A program made the position numbers and the translations under genes. A model generated the notes under the pieces. The model saw nothing but the letters and a program-made list of their open reading frames with translations. It was not told the DNA's origin and did no database searches. A stretch of 61,970 bases of DNA, the filler included, from Choristocarpus tenellus KU-1152 (taxonomy: Eukaryota; Protista; Phaeophyceae): the NCBI GenBank assembly GCA_964200185.2. It is 9 parts of 9 records of this genome, joined end to end, with 100 filler letters (N's around TTAATTAATTAA, not from the genome) between each part and the next. Parts side by side here need not be neighbours in the genome. Positions count along the whole stretch, not along the records: positions 1 to 11,392 come from CAXNAD020002341.1; positions 11,493 to 15,393 come from CAXNAD020017248.1; 7 more parts are not named here. The stretch is one strand, 5' to 3'. Positions 1 through 12,649 of this stretch are shown in pieces; within the stretch, counting starts at the first letter, position 1, and the number at the start of each line of letters is the position of its first letter.

Positions 1-242
1 GAGGGTAGAGTCGCGTCCATTTGGGGGCCAAAATCCAGTGTTTCAATTTCAATGTAATTTTGACTATAGTGTTTGTTAGGAAGTATCAACACCCTTGTTC
101 CAAACACACCTTTTCATAACGTATACATTTTACCTACTCCGAAATATTTTGGAGTAGGAAAATGTCATAATAACCCCGAGGGAAGCCAAGCCCCAAATGG
201 ACAAACAGAACAAAACTCGTACCCTCTAAGATACTCTCACTC
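1..242 (-). mobile_element. MITE family A copy, truncated by window start
   Basis: Ends ...accctctaagatactctcactc; the internal sequence matches the reverse complement of the copies at 11602 and 12131. Confidence 0.9.
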
Positions 243-530
243 ACTAGTAAGCAACAACCATTTTTGCCAGCGATATGAGCAGGGACAAATGTACAATGGA
301 AACAAAGGTTGCAAAATATAGCTCCCCCCACCTCCACATGTTTCCTACACCCCCCTTCCTATATGCAGAAAAATAGCAAGTGCATACAATTTATACAATA
401 TCTCAACTCAAACGTTGTACAAATATGATCCCAATGCACAATCCCCATCCCTCACACTAAGACCCCAAGTACCCCAGCTCTGCTTGACGACTTACTCTTG
501 GTTTGTGGCTACTCCGTTGAAGTCTAATTA

Positions 531-868
531 AGATGGATCCCCTGCTCTTGTGCTTCACATCTTCTTCGCATTTCATTAGACGAAGTGGGGGTAAATCCAT
601 TCGGGGATACACGATAACCATGGCAGCCCCCAAGTGTGAGGTAGGGCTTCCCATAAGGTGTGTTCTCCCTCGGAGATTCTCCACTCAATATCTTCACATT
701 AATCCGTTACTGAGTAGAGAGGCTCCAAGGGAGAAGACCCCTTGGGGGAAGGACTACCTTACACTCGGGGGATGCTATGGTTATCGTGTAGCCCCGAATG
801 GATTTACCCCCACTTCGTCTAATGAAATGCAAACAAGATGTGAAGCACATGAGTAGGGGGGTCAATCT
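531..868. repeat. Foldback inverted repeat with ~160-bp arms and a 17-nt loop
   Basis: 531-690 is the reverse complement of 708-868, including a 39-bp perfect core (gcatttcattagacgaagtgggggtaaatccattcgggg). Confidence 0.9.
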
Positions 869-1869
869 ACAATGTTTTTCAACAGAGCAGCCATAAATCA
901 TAGAGAATCGAGGACCAGAGCTGGGCTACTCTGGGGCTTAGTATTTGGAATGGCGGTGGGGTTGGCATTAGGATTACATTGGAGCAATGTTTGGGTTGAG
1001 TGATTGTGTAAGTTGTAAGCACTTTCCATTTTCTGCAAATAGGGAGGGAGATGTTTTATGCCTGCAAATAAGGGGGATACCACAAGTGTTTAAAGCATTT
1101 CTCCTTCATATTTTTGTCTCTACTCATATCTCTGTCTAAAATGCTTGCTGCCTGTTGAGTCAGAAGATGCCACCGACTAGGAAAAGAGAACTTGAAGCGG
1201 GATTGGGTGCTTTTCTGTTTCTCTGTTGAAGAGCGCCAGAAGAGGTGGTTACACTACCGATAGCGAAATGGAGATCTCAACCAGGTAGAGCCCATAGCCC
1301 ACTATGTATTGTGCTTAACATACGTGAGCCAAAGTCAATCACCACACCCCTCGCAACCCCATATTTCACTTTTACTATCAAGTTTTGAAACTTGATGTCC
1401 AAGTGGACAAGGTTGCTTGTGTTTAGGTAGGCTATGCCCCTTGCACACTCTCTGAAGGACTTGGGTGTAGATACTCAACATGTGCTAGTGATGTATTGAG
1501 CAGCCCATTGCTGACTGCAGCAACGACAGGGGTGATAATATTTTTGGTACCATCACAGAGGTTGCTTGAAGTCCTTGCTCGCGGCTTCCTGCTAGCATCA
1601 TGTCATCAAGGCTTTCCTGACTAGCTTCCATGGTCATTGTCAACTGTACTCTGGGAGTGGAAAATGTTAACAGTTACACCACATTCCTGAGGTAGAGCAA
1701 CCTGAATGAGGTGTTGATGAAAAAAGGGGTCATGGGATGCACTAGGGGTCAAGACTGGCAAAATGTACAGAACAAAATGATATGATCTACTATCTCGAGG
1801 GTGCATACATAACTATCGTTCATGTAGAGCATTACCTCTACTAACAGTGGCAGCTAGATATCTCTTAAA

Positions 1870-2420
1870 GGGTTGTTGATACTACCTGAGACCTGCACAA
1901 ATACAACTCAATGCGATCCCTGTGACTTAGTTGTCGCTTGCCTTTGTGGTCATGGTGATCTTGGGTATAAGATTGCCTATCTTGTAAGAATATTGATATC
2001 ATGCTCTCGGGTTGCCATGGCAGCATCATCCTACGGTGTAGGCCGCAAAGAGATGGTGCAAGGCATCACATACGGACTCTCACAAAATGAATACGTTTCT
2101 GGCCTCATCTTGTCACTGATCATTATCTCAGTTGGGCAAGAGCTGTAACATTGGAATTTAGTACCACAAGACAAATTGTGAATATTTCTTGCCCCTGGGA
2201 GTGCAACATGCAGTTGGTAGTGCCACTGTAGATCTGCGATCAAACATGCATTTGGTCTTCTGCAACTCCAAGGTGGGCAACAAGGCCAATACAAGTTTGG
2301 ATTTTAGGGGGAACCTTGAAACATTGAAAGACAGACAGGCTTTACAGCCGTGGTTGACAGATGAGGGGCGTGTGGGTGAGAAAGATAACCCTTGAATGCA
2401 ATAGCATCTTTGGAAGGTAC
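1870..2420 (+). pseudogene. Degenerate non-LTR (CRE-like) reverse transcriptase fragment
   Basis: Across stops and frameshifts it reads IISVGQEL, EYFLPLGVQHAVG and SLDFRGNLETLKDRQAL. These resemble the RPIAVGE / Q.GVG / LDF.NAFN..DR motifs. Confidence 0.45.
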
Positions 2421-3599
2421 CTTCACAGTCCCCTCTCCCACTATTTTGCTTCTATTCAGTGTTGATGAATTTGGTTGAGGTCCTTTTCGTTGGTTCCTTA
2501 TTCTTGACAATCCAAACTCTCTAGTTTCTGCTTGTCTCTGCTGGAATTGCCAAGGGATCACAAACAAGTTCATCAATCAGAGGACAAGTTCTGCCCTGTT
2601 GCTCCCATGTTGTCAAACAAATGGTGATGAGGGAGAGGGATATCTTTCTCCTTTTGTTGGTGGACCGGTCCATCTGGAGCCATCAATAGGGACCCAAACA
2701 GTACTGGATACATCTCTAAGGTCTCTAGCTGGAAGGAACAAAGCTCAAGAACCTACTGGAGATGTATATATCAATTACCTTCAAGTGCTCCATAATATAT
2801 TCGTATACATAGATGATGTCAACTGGAATACATGTGGGTGTCGTAGAGGAAGTAGTGTAAATGTTGTTATTGCGCAATATAATGCCAATAAATAGAGGCG
2901 GAGGAGATGCTATGTTGCCAATGTTTTGCAGGGATGAGTACCAAGACTCGACAAGAGAGGTGCATATTGTGGAACATGTTTGACCCCGTTCTCCTAATCA
3001 CCCTCCCACCCCCTGGAATAGTAGATAAGGCGTTCAAACGTAGGAGGAGATATGATCACATCTTACTTTGAGGAGGATGTGGTGGTCATGTGTGGGTAAG
3101 CAACAAAAGCTATAAATCTGACTGTGAGCACAAATGGTGCTGTTGCCTTCTGACAAGCAGCTCAAGTTCTGGAGATGTCAGGGACATGAAAATTGGACTG
3201 CTCAGTGCAGGTTTCTGCGTGATTAGAAATAAAATGCATGATTGCAGCAAGTATAAGCTTTGCAAATGTTGATGCTAGTCGAAAGAGTTAGTAACGCACA
3301 AATTGGGTAGGCAAAGGTTGAGATCCTGTAGTTGCTCTAGCGACTAGCCCTTTTCAGTTTGTTAGAGTATTTCTCCATATGTCGCCAGCTAGTTTTGCAA
3401 GTCCTTTCTACTTGGTTTGTGAGTGTATGGAATCGGTGGAAGCTGGACTATGGCTTCTTGGGGAGGAATGATGGCTTCCGGATGACTGTCAGGTAGTTCT
3501 GGTGACAAGTATCTAGTTTTTGGGTTCGTAGATCGATAAGAATCTTGCCAGTAGAGGGGAAGAAATAATCTAACAATTCATTGATTAGACTGCTTAGAT

Positions 3600-4091
3600 G
3601 CCCAGCAAATAAGTGAGGACTAGGCTAGATGACAATTAGCAGATGTCCTGATTTTTGCAGAGGACTGCCAGCAATTTTTAAAAACATATCAAATAGATTT
3701 TTAGTACAAACTATGGGAAATGGATGCTTGCAAGGTTAGCAACACATCGCTTTTTTGGGGGTTATGCAAATTATATACCATGAGTGGACAGGCAGGATTC
3801 CAATCAGAAAACTGCATGTTGAAGCCATAGGTTCATTCAGCTTTTGGGTTATTAGGTGTGAGATATTTGGGTCTTAATCAAGAACTACTTCATTGGAGTG
3901 TATGTCGCATGTTCAGGAGAACATATTATGTTGTAACAGGTGCACTGGTCGGGATTGCTCTAAGACAAAACCGGATGTGTATACAAAGATTGGCGGGCTG
4001 GATTATATATCAAGGTGAGGGGTGGGATTTAAAGTTAAATATGCATATCCAGTTGGGGTTGACTGCGCCCAAAGAAGTCTGCAGGGGCTAG
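3600..4091 (+). pseudogene. Degenerate LINE RT fragment
   Basis: SGQAGFQ...VCRMFRRTYYVV resembles QAGFR...F.DF.KAYD.V; many stops. Confidence 0.35.
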
Positions 4092-6179
4092 AGGAGCACT
4101 ACAACAGTAGTCATTTGAGGCCTGTCATGATGAACACGTGAAGGGGTGGTCACAGGATTGATATAATAGTGTTTGTAAGCAGAAGGCACGCCTAGTCTGG
4201 GTAAATGCAGATGCAAAGCCATAGAGGATGGGATGGGAAAGTATCGCATGTTGAAATGCTCATACGCTCCACACCATACAAACATTCCTCAAATCGAGTC
4301 TTGTCGTTTTCTTCAGCACCAAGTCAACACCCTCTGCGTGCAACATGGGCCTGGCCAAGTTCCACCATGCCAAAGCCTCCCTGCCCGATGTACCCCAAGA
4401 AGTCCTGGTCATTATGACTGTTGAACACCCCGAACTTCTTGACTCCAGGGTGCACTATTGTGCGGGTGTGAAGTATTGCAGTGAGTGAGTGAGGGTAATG
4501 CTCCCTCCAACAAGCCCACACTGGTACCAGTCGTAATGTTCAGATGCTGTGTTCGAATGAGGGTACCGCTGATGAGGACACAGGGCATAATGAGGGTGTA
4601 TCCCTTGCAAGAGAAGCTCGACTCCCTAAGACCAATACCAGGAAAATATTAAACTTGAGGGCCTTGAAAAAAAACGAAACTCCACAAGCACAGCGAGTCA
4701 GTACGATGGGGGAAGGAAACATCCTTGGAAGGTGAGTTGTATTTACGTTTGAGTGAAATCCCTCGTACAGTAAGGTAAAAATGGTTGTCCGCAGGTTTTG
4801 GATTTCTGGCATGGGTAGGAAGTGGTTGGTGGCTGCCTTACTGCAATGTGGCGAATAGTTGGGTCTTCACTATTGAGGGGAAACGTCGATCGAGTATGGG
4901 GCAGTGTATACGCAGACTCCATAGAATCGCCACGACAGCTTGGCCACAGAATCTACTTATCCACTCGACGAATCCACCAAAAGTATCCACCTTGGAATAG
5001 GTAGCACACATCCTCGCCTGGAGCAAGTCGAAGAGCAATCGCTCAGAGCGCTACCAAACAAGGGGCACAAGAAGGAGTACACCGACCTCTTGCAGCAGCA
5101 GCAATGAGTATTAGCCCCGTGCTCACCGATGGATGTAAAGAAACAATGCTGCACAACTCAGGCAGTCAATATTTCTAAGGGATGAAAGTAGGGAATACGT
5201 GAACAACCATGGCTACATTGCTGTACTGCCATGTCCTGTACCCTTGCCTGGTGTGGAAGGTCAACTGGTAGTCTCGAGAGTGCTGTGTGGAAAGACCTTT
5301 AGAAGGTGATGAAATTATCAACCGCATCCATACGTGTCATCCGCTCAAACACCATAACAATGCTGTCAAAAATACGACCTGGAGGTCTGCTCTTTCAGGT
5401 GTGATGCGTTGAGGTACAAGATATAGATGTTGCAGTTCTAAGTGTTCTTCTGGACGGCCTCAAAATGGCGATCAACAGGTAGGCTTGGACATGACTTAGG
5501 TGTCCTCAATTTCTAGGCTGAAGTCGGGGGTGATTGAAATACGGCACAGTCAGTGTGTTTGGTTTCACTCACGAAACTCCCAGGCAACCATACTGTCAAT
5601 ACTACATAGAAGGGGAACAGAGTTCTGGGGCTCCAATCAATGAAGTCTGATGCGGGTCCCATCTCCTAATCAGCTGAGGCGGCCTCTTGCGTTGTTCGTC
5701 ACCACCCTGCGTACGTCTTGCTATAGCATATAGTAGTCAAACTTGATCATCCTTGCAGCACGGTATGGATCGCCATTCCAGATGGAGAACAAACAATAAA
5801 ACGAAGCCTACTTCAATGGAGGACAAGACACAAGACCCTACATCGCCCAAAACTATGGCGAGTTTGAAATCGGGGACTAGCGATGGATTGGGTTAATGTA
5901 CTGGGATCCTCTACTCTAATGTTGGCGGCGCAACCTGGGCCTCTGGCAGCTTCTACCCGCGCAATTGATAGAGACAATGAACGGTTAATTTGCCTCCCAT
6001 AAGAAAGTAAGTGGCATGCATAGGTTACTCGAGGGTGATGATCGTTGCACTCACTTCGCTCTCTATCCAGGGCCTCCTGCTGGGGAATTCATGCCTTCTA
6101 CTCTGAAGTCCTTTCGCTCTTTACTTCCTCGTGTTCGTGGATCCTTGTGAGCAAATATGGTCACAGCGAAACTTTGAGT

Positions 6180-8050
6180 AGTGTTTTTTTTTTTGTCAGA
6201 CAAAAAAAGAAATGTCAAAATTGGAAATCCATCACTCAACAACTACACAGAAAAGAAAAGAATTATCATTCGAGGATCGGGTCCAGCATCAAGGACCATA
6301 ATTCCTTCAAGAAGGGGCATATATCCGTATGTATGGACTCACTTATCCATTACCATTTATACCACAAACACCAAGAAGAGTATCGCTGTGGGTTAGGGAA
6401 AGGAACCTGGTGTCCTTCCTTTCCAAAAAAGAAAAGAAACAGAAGCATCTCAGGAGGCATTATCACACCTTGCTCATGTCCGCAAGGTTTCTTTCGTGTG
6501 ACGGACTGTGGCCACTTCAATCTCAGTGGTATGATGGCGTGTTTATGTATCTATTTCAGGCATCGATTTCAAGATTCTGCTCCATGTTCCATGTAATATA
6601 TATTTGTGCCATCTCTTTGAGTTTCCTGTAAGAGAAACCCACTGATCCGGTGTGATGTTTAAATCCTTGGCGCCGTCTTGGTGGCACCACCACCATTTTT
6701 TTCTGAACCTCCCCTCTCACCCTCTGGTTTCTGAGTGTTAGGTTCCCTAAATGTGAAATTCTTGGGCGGATTATCATGGGCTATCCGCAATATCGAATTT
6801 GAAGATATTGACATCCCTTTTATGTGGATACTAGTCTCAATACATTCACATCCAGTTCTCTTAAGGGCTTCTCTGTATGACATGGGGTGGCCCGTGCCTT
6901 TCCGTTTGTCGAACCCAGTATAAACACAGGATCTATTGAATACGTGGTCACTCATTGAAACCCAAAGAAAGTTTGGTAGAAATTGTTTGTCATTGATCAG
7001 TTCTCTGTGAGAGGGAACAAGAACGGAATTTCTCATGCATAGTAGCGTATGGAGATTGTTGACATGAGGCCTGTTCTGGCACTGTGTCATGCGCTCGAGT
7101 CCGCTCTGTTTCACATTTCAAGCCTTGTCGTACCCACCTCATGCAGTGACTACGATCGTGTTTGTTTCTTTGTTTTGTCGTAACCCATGTATTGTGTGTG
7201 AGCGTGTGTGGCACTGTGTACCCCAGCAACCTCCTCAGCTGCCACAGGAAATGGACATTAAGGTGTTCCTTAACCTCGATTTATCACAAAGAGGTTTACA
7301 CTACTCCTACCTAGCAGGGTCTACCTCTACCCGACAACATTTAGTGCTATTATTGTATAATTTGTCACACATAAGGGCAGGCTAGAAGTGCACTCTTCCT
7401 ATTCTTCTACTGTAAATACAGACTGAAAAATTTGAAGAATTGTTTTACTTGGGTTCTATACAAACAGTTGCGAATTCCGGACATATACATACCCGATCAA
7501 AGTAAAGAGCTTGGCACACTTGACAATTTTTATCCTTCTGCACTACTATTTCCAAGTTCATCTTATCACAAAAAATAGTGTAACACACCGGATGGCTGGA
7601 GGATGCATTTGGCGTGTTACATTATTACATTTTACAAAGGTGAAAGGGGGAAATTGGAAATTCTTGTCGCCTTGAAACTCCAACACTGCACCTGGATCAT
7701 TGCGAATCCCCATTGTATGTTAAGATAACTCTTTCCGTTGTATATATGCCAAGGGCATCAAGATCAAGAAGGTAGCCTGAATCGTTCTGGACACCTGCAA
7801 TACTCATCCCTCGCAACAACATACTACCGACTTTCCTCGTCATCCACAGTTGTCAGCAGTGCTAGGATTTTTGGAAAGGAGAAGCCATAAGCACTTGGTC
7901 ACTCTTTTAACTAATACTGGGGTACTATGGACTATACAAATTACACTTTCTGAGTCACAATTAACAACCTTACAGCAAATTTGTACTAATGCATATAATC
8001 CTGGAGTTGCGCTACCTTGTCCTATCATGGGCCTTTGACATACTTCTTGA
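6180..8050 (-). mobile_element. Decayed Cys-rich, possibly transposase-like repeat (copy 1)
   Basis: Shares KRK.T.H.MSYREALKRT and KP..E.GGSE..WWW with 29950-31900. SMTNNF is weakly MULE-like. Boundaries are approximate. Confidence 0.45.
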
Positions 8051-8991
8051 AACCTTACCCTAATTTGTTCCAACAGAGAATATATATATATATGTATATA
8101 CATTTGAAACGACTGGAGTAAGTAAGATCGGTCAACAATTTATGCATAGTGGTCATGGTAGCCAGGAAGGAAGTGGCGTGTAGATGCGTGACTTTGAAGG
8201 TTTTATGTAGATACAACGAGAGCATGCAAGGGGTGTGTGGATGGGGGTGGTTAAGGGTAAGGGTAAGGTAGAAATTACAACAATGATGGAGATGCCTTCA
8301 TCGATGGTAAAATTACTGTTGGTACCCTTTTTTTCCTCGTATGGTTGCTCTAAAACCAGCAATCACGATACGCATTTACTCAATAGCACTGGTATTCCGA
8401 ATCGTACAGCTTCTTGGTGATTAGCAATTGAGATAATGTTAGTAGGGATACAGAGAAAGTGTCCCTCAATTTCATACGCTTCTGAAAGACTACAAAGAAC
8501 ATACACGATCTGAAGGTCATGAAAACCTCCACTTCCCTGCGTATCACTAAGGGTGAAGAAGTGAGGACACGGACACAGCACAGGCAGCATGATGGATGCG
8601 CACGATGGGAGGGAAGGGAAAGGGATGAGAGTGTGTTTGTCTCCAATGAAAGAGACAAGGCTATGCAAGGCTATGCAAGGCTTTCAACTTTGTAAGGTGT
8701 TCTTTTATTTGGCGGAAATGGACAGCAACAGCTTAGCATGCCGATAACAAACACAACTATCAAGTACGTCTAAGACAAAGTACTCTCTGCGAACCATTTA
8801 ACTATGTTGAGCTACCCCATGCACACACAAAGGAGGTCTCTGCACACCATCCTCCTAACCCTTCTGTAGCAAAAACGCCTCCTAATATCCTGCGCCAAGA
8901 AAATCAGAAGTAGCTAAACACCGTAAGCTTCAAACACAACAAACTCTACACTACCTCATGATCGACATAAAAACCACAACACCACAACAAA

Positions 8992-11392
8992 TCATGATGT
9001 GAAGGAATTACTCCTCATCATGTGACTGTGTCCCCGATCCCGTGCGCCCAGGGAAGTACAGACACGGAGAAGGTCAGCAAACAGCCCGCTGGCAATGGTC
9101 TTGGGCCCTCCCATGGGGGCCTGGACGATGAGTGGGGCACCCATGCGCTGCAGACCCCGCCAGATGAGGCAGCAATCAACATCAAAGGTTAGCAGAGATG
9201 CCATCGAAAACAGCAATGGGTGAAGAGATTGTGGGCATACGTTGTGTACGTCTTGGGGATTGATACTGTTCCTGCCTACATGTTATGTATACAGTGTGGG
9301 CATGTATCGCAACAGGAAAGGCAGTACAAGTGGGACGGGTGAGAGAGAATGGGACTCAAGAGTGACTTGAGGCGGCAGGCAGTCATCAGTGCACAATGCA
9401 CGTGTGTGTAGGCATACTGAGGAGGCTACTGTGCACTTGGTCTAGTAAGGGGAAGTTAGGGTTAGGGTTAGGGTTAGGGTTAGGGTTAAGGTTAGGGTTA
9501 AGGTTAGGGTTAGGGGGAGCAGGAACATCTTGGAAACGCTTCACTCATGGGCATGCGTGTACGCATAGCACGCAGTTGTCAGAGACCGACCTTTCCTCTA
9601 CACCTCTTTGCATCACTTACAGTGTGCACTCTCTCACTGCAGCGGTGACTTCATTGACTATCAAAAGTACAACAGTAAGGGAAATGGTATACAGAAAATA
9701 GGACTGCTACCCACTGCTGAAGAGGTGATTGCTTGGGATAAATCAACTATACAACAAAACGGTTCTTTGAAACCACCGCGTTTTTGTGTATGATGTGTCT
9801 GTTGGGACCTCCCCCGTGTAGACTCTATCAAGTTTACCACTGTGCCCAAACACTTACTCTCCCCTGTTCCCATTTCCCTACTGATATCATTATAGCCTTT
9901 AAACCTACCTCTAGCAGGTGGGGCAATACCTCTTGGACCACTCTCCACATTGCCAAACAGAAGGTTATAGTTGGACACACCCCTTTAGTTAAGGCACTGA
10001 TACACCACTGTACAATAAATACAATACAATTCATCCTCTTCCCACAAACACATCCAAACAAGACGTCCTACAACCCCCTCCCTCCCCACCCTGTCTTTCC
10101 CAACAGAACAAGCAGAATCTGCTTTCTAACCTTGGTGAAGAACACAGCACAAAATGCAGCTCCTTCCAGCCCAGCAAAGGCATGTCGTGCTTCTACTTCC
10201 CTAATGCCGGCTGAAGCCTTTCCTTCCTCTACATCCACTCTACACATGTACCTGCAAAACAAAGAGTTGGTATGATGTAAGGAGGTTGAGGGACACTTTA
10301 GACCTTGCTTGTTATTAATGGAATTTGAAGCTCAAAAAGGTGCATAAATTGATCCCCTCCTAGTAGATGGTTTTAATTAGAGGTCCAGTCAGTATTATGC
10401 ATATATATATATGTGCATATAGGTACATAGTCCTTGGAGTACAAGCGTGGCCTGTCATGGCTCTTAGTCAGAAAGCTGTTCGATGTAGGTCCCAAAATAT
10501 CAACATGAGAACAGAGTAGATATCTAGTAACCTCATCGTTAGTTCACTGTCCTGTTGTAGCGAAGACAGACTTGCAGTCCTAGGAACTGCTGACTGAAGT
10601 TTACTTCAAATGGTATCAAAGTATCGCATTTCAGCTCCAACCTCCCATGGACATCAGGGTACATGTCATACTCTTGGCAGTTATCATCCTTCACAGTACA
10701 TCATGCCCTACATCACTAGCAACAAGATATCACTGCATGTGGGACAATCAACGGTCCATTAGATGCCATAAATGACTCGAAGCCTACCAGCAACACCCAC
10801 GTATGATGGCAACAACTTCTCTGGAGCAAAAATGTAGATTGCACAAAAAAATGATATCTTAGAGCTCTACTTGAACATATATATAAGCAAAGCAACAAGT
10901 CGAACAATGCCCTATTCCAACTTACAAAGCAAAAATCGTGATACCCTTTAGGAGAAAATAATAGAACAGTCTGCTTAAAAAAAAAATAATCAGTAAGAGG
11001 AAGAGATGCCTTCGAGATGTATTACTCAAGGTTACAACCTTCACCACAACACGATATGAATCATATATTATTTTTATCAGAAAACACAACATAAAACCTC
11101 TCAAAAACCACTTCAGTCCAACCCAACCATCAACACTCCAAATGATTGGTAACACACATGAACGTGTACACTAACGCTAGACCTTGCACTTATTACCTAT
11201 ATATATCTATATCTATATATATATACTAAAAAAAAAGAAAAATACCCAAAGATAGCCATCGCCTCCCACGACCAGCAATATCAACTCACCTCAATACATT
11301 ACCTCTGGCATGAGCCTCCTCTGCCCTTCTGCGCATGACGTCATCCAAGGCAGACACCCTTGACAACACATCATTACCGCCCCCGCCCCCGC
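8992..11392 (-). CDS. Homoserine dehydrogenase domain (ThrA/MetL-like), last three exons: ~11392-11290, 10251-10131, 9147-8992; 5' part lies off the contig
   Basis: The spliced peptide VSALDDVMRRRAEEAHARGNVLR|YMCRVDVEEGKASAGIREV...CAVFFTK|RMGAPLIVQAPMGGPKTIASGLFADLLRV follows the HSDH C-terminus (LDD..G.VLRY..PL.V.G.GAG..TA.GVFADLLR). GT-AG junctions are phase-consistent. Confidence 0.85.
9456..9515 (+). repeat. Interstitial telomere-type repeat, 10 hexamers (8 TTAGGG, 2 TTAAGG), inside an intron
   Basis: Read directly from the sequence. Confidence 0.95.
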
Positions 11393-11492
11393 NNNNNNNN
11401 NNNNNNNNNNNNNNNNNNNNNNNNNNNNNNNNNNNNTTAATTAATTAANNNNNNNNNNNNNNNNNNNNNNNNNNNNNNNNNNNNNNNNNNNN
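11393..11492. other. Artificial contig linker; identical linkers at 15394-15493, 18935-19034, 27071-27170, 35657-35756, 40834-40933, 45309-45408 and 52689-52788
   Basis: Each is 44N + TTAATTAATTAA (stops in all six frames) + 44N. Confidence 0.98.
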
Positions 11493-11601
11493 CATGCCCC
11501 CCCCCTTAAGCTCCAGCGTAACATTGAAAATCAAGTACAAGCCCTACTCGTACAGACGGCACCTCGTACCAGATGCTACAGCAACCCAGCGAGAAAAGAT
11601 T

Positions 11602-11859
11602 GAGTGAAAGTATCTTAGAGGGTACGAGTTTTGTCCTGTTTGTCCATTTGGGACTTGGCTTCCCATGGGTTTTTTCATGACATTTTCCTACTCCAACATG
11701 TTTCGGAGTAGTTAAAATGTATACGTTATGAAAAGGTGTGTCCAGAACAAGGATATTGACACTTCCTAACAACACGATAGTTAAAGTGATATCAAAATCG
11801 CAACGTCGGATTTTCACCCCCAAATGGACGCGACTCTACCCTCTAAGATACTTTGGCTC
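11602..11859 (+). mobile_element. MITE family A, full length (258 bp), TSD ATT
   Basis: TIRs gagtgaaagtatcttagagggt / accctctaagatactttggctc, flanked by ATT on both sides. Confidence 0.95.
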
Positions 11860-12130
11860 ATTGTCATCACACGTCTTCGGAGTTGTATGCTTGAACCTTG
11901 GCATCTAACGTCCCTTGCGTGGTATCCATCAAGGGGATAGTTTCAAGCACATGAGTGTACCTACAGTCAATCTCACTGGGGCTGACATCCTCCGTATTCT
12001 CTTTTTCTCGGCGAAGGAGGATGTGGCGTCAGGGTTGATGAGCCCCGGCCCTCCACACAAGTTGGGTTGTCGTACGTTGACATGATTTTTGGGGTGTAAG
12101 TGACCATATCATCTTGAAGGCATTAGCTAA

Positions 12131-12387
12131 GAGTGAAAGTATCTTAGAGGGTACGAGTTTTGCCCTGTTTGTCCATTTGGGGCTTGGCTTCCCATGTTTT
12201 TTTAATGACGTTTTCCTACTCCAAAATGTTTCGGAGTAGGTAAAATGTATACGTTATGAAAAGGTGTGTCCAGAACAAGGACATTGACTCTTCCTAACAA
12301 AACGATAGCCAAAATTACGTCAAATTCGCAACATTGGATTTTGGCCCCCAAATGGACGCGGCCCCACCCTCTAAGATACTTTGGCTC
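12131..12387 (+). mobile_element. MITE family A, full length, no matching TSD
   Basis: Same TIRs and interior; flanks are TAA/ACT. A lone left TIR also occurs at 12619-12641. Confidence 0.93.
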
Positions 12388-12649
12388 ACTCCCACTGTGC
12401 CCCCACACACTGGGTAACCTACGCCACCACCTCCACCTGTATTACACACAATGGCCAATTCATCACAGCATCTGAACTTCTGTTCCCTTTCCTATCAACT
12501 CTCTCGACCTTCTACAAAAATACCTTCCTTTTATCCCTCATCCACCTGCGTGGGAGCATCATCTCCTTGTGTTTTGTTGCTCACTTACAAGAGTTTGAGG
12601 GGGATATTCAAGAGTTTGGAGTGAAAGTATCTTAGAGGGTATCTCCACT

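Noticed and set aside
9396-9701. ORF with an LGLGLG repeat
   Set aside because: Translation of the TTAGGG tract within an intron.
11355-11365. AAG acceptor for the HSDH exon as support for general non-canonical splicing
   Set aside because: The frame stays open upstream to the contig edge, so no acceptor is required here.
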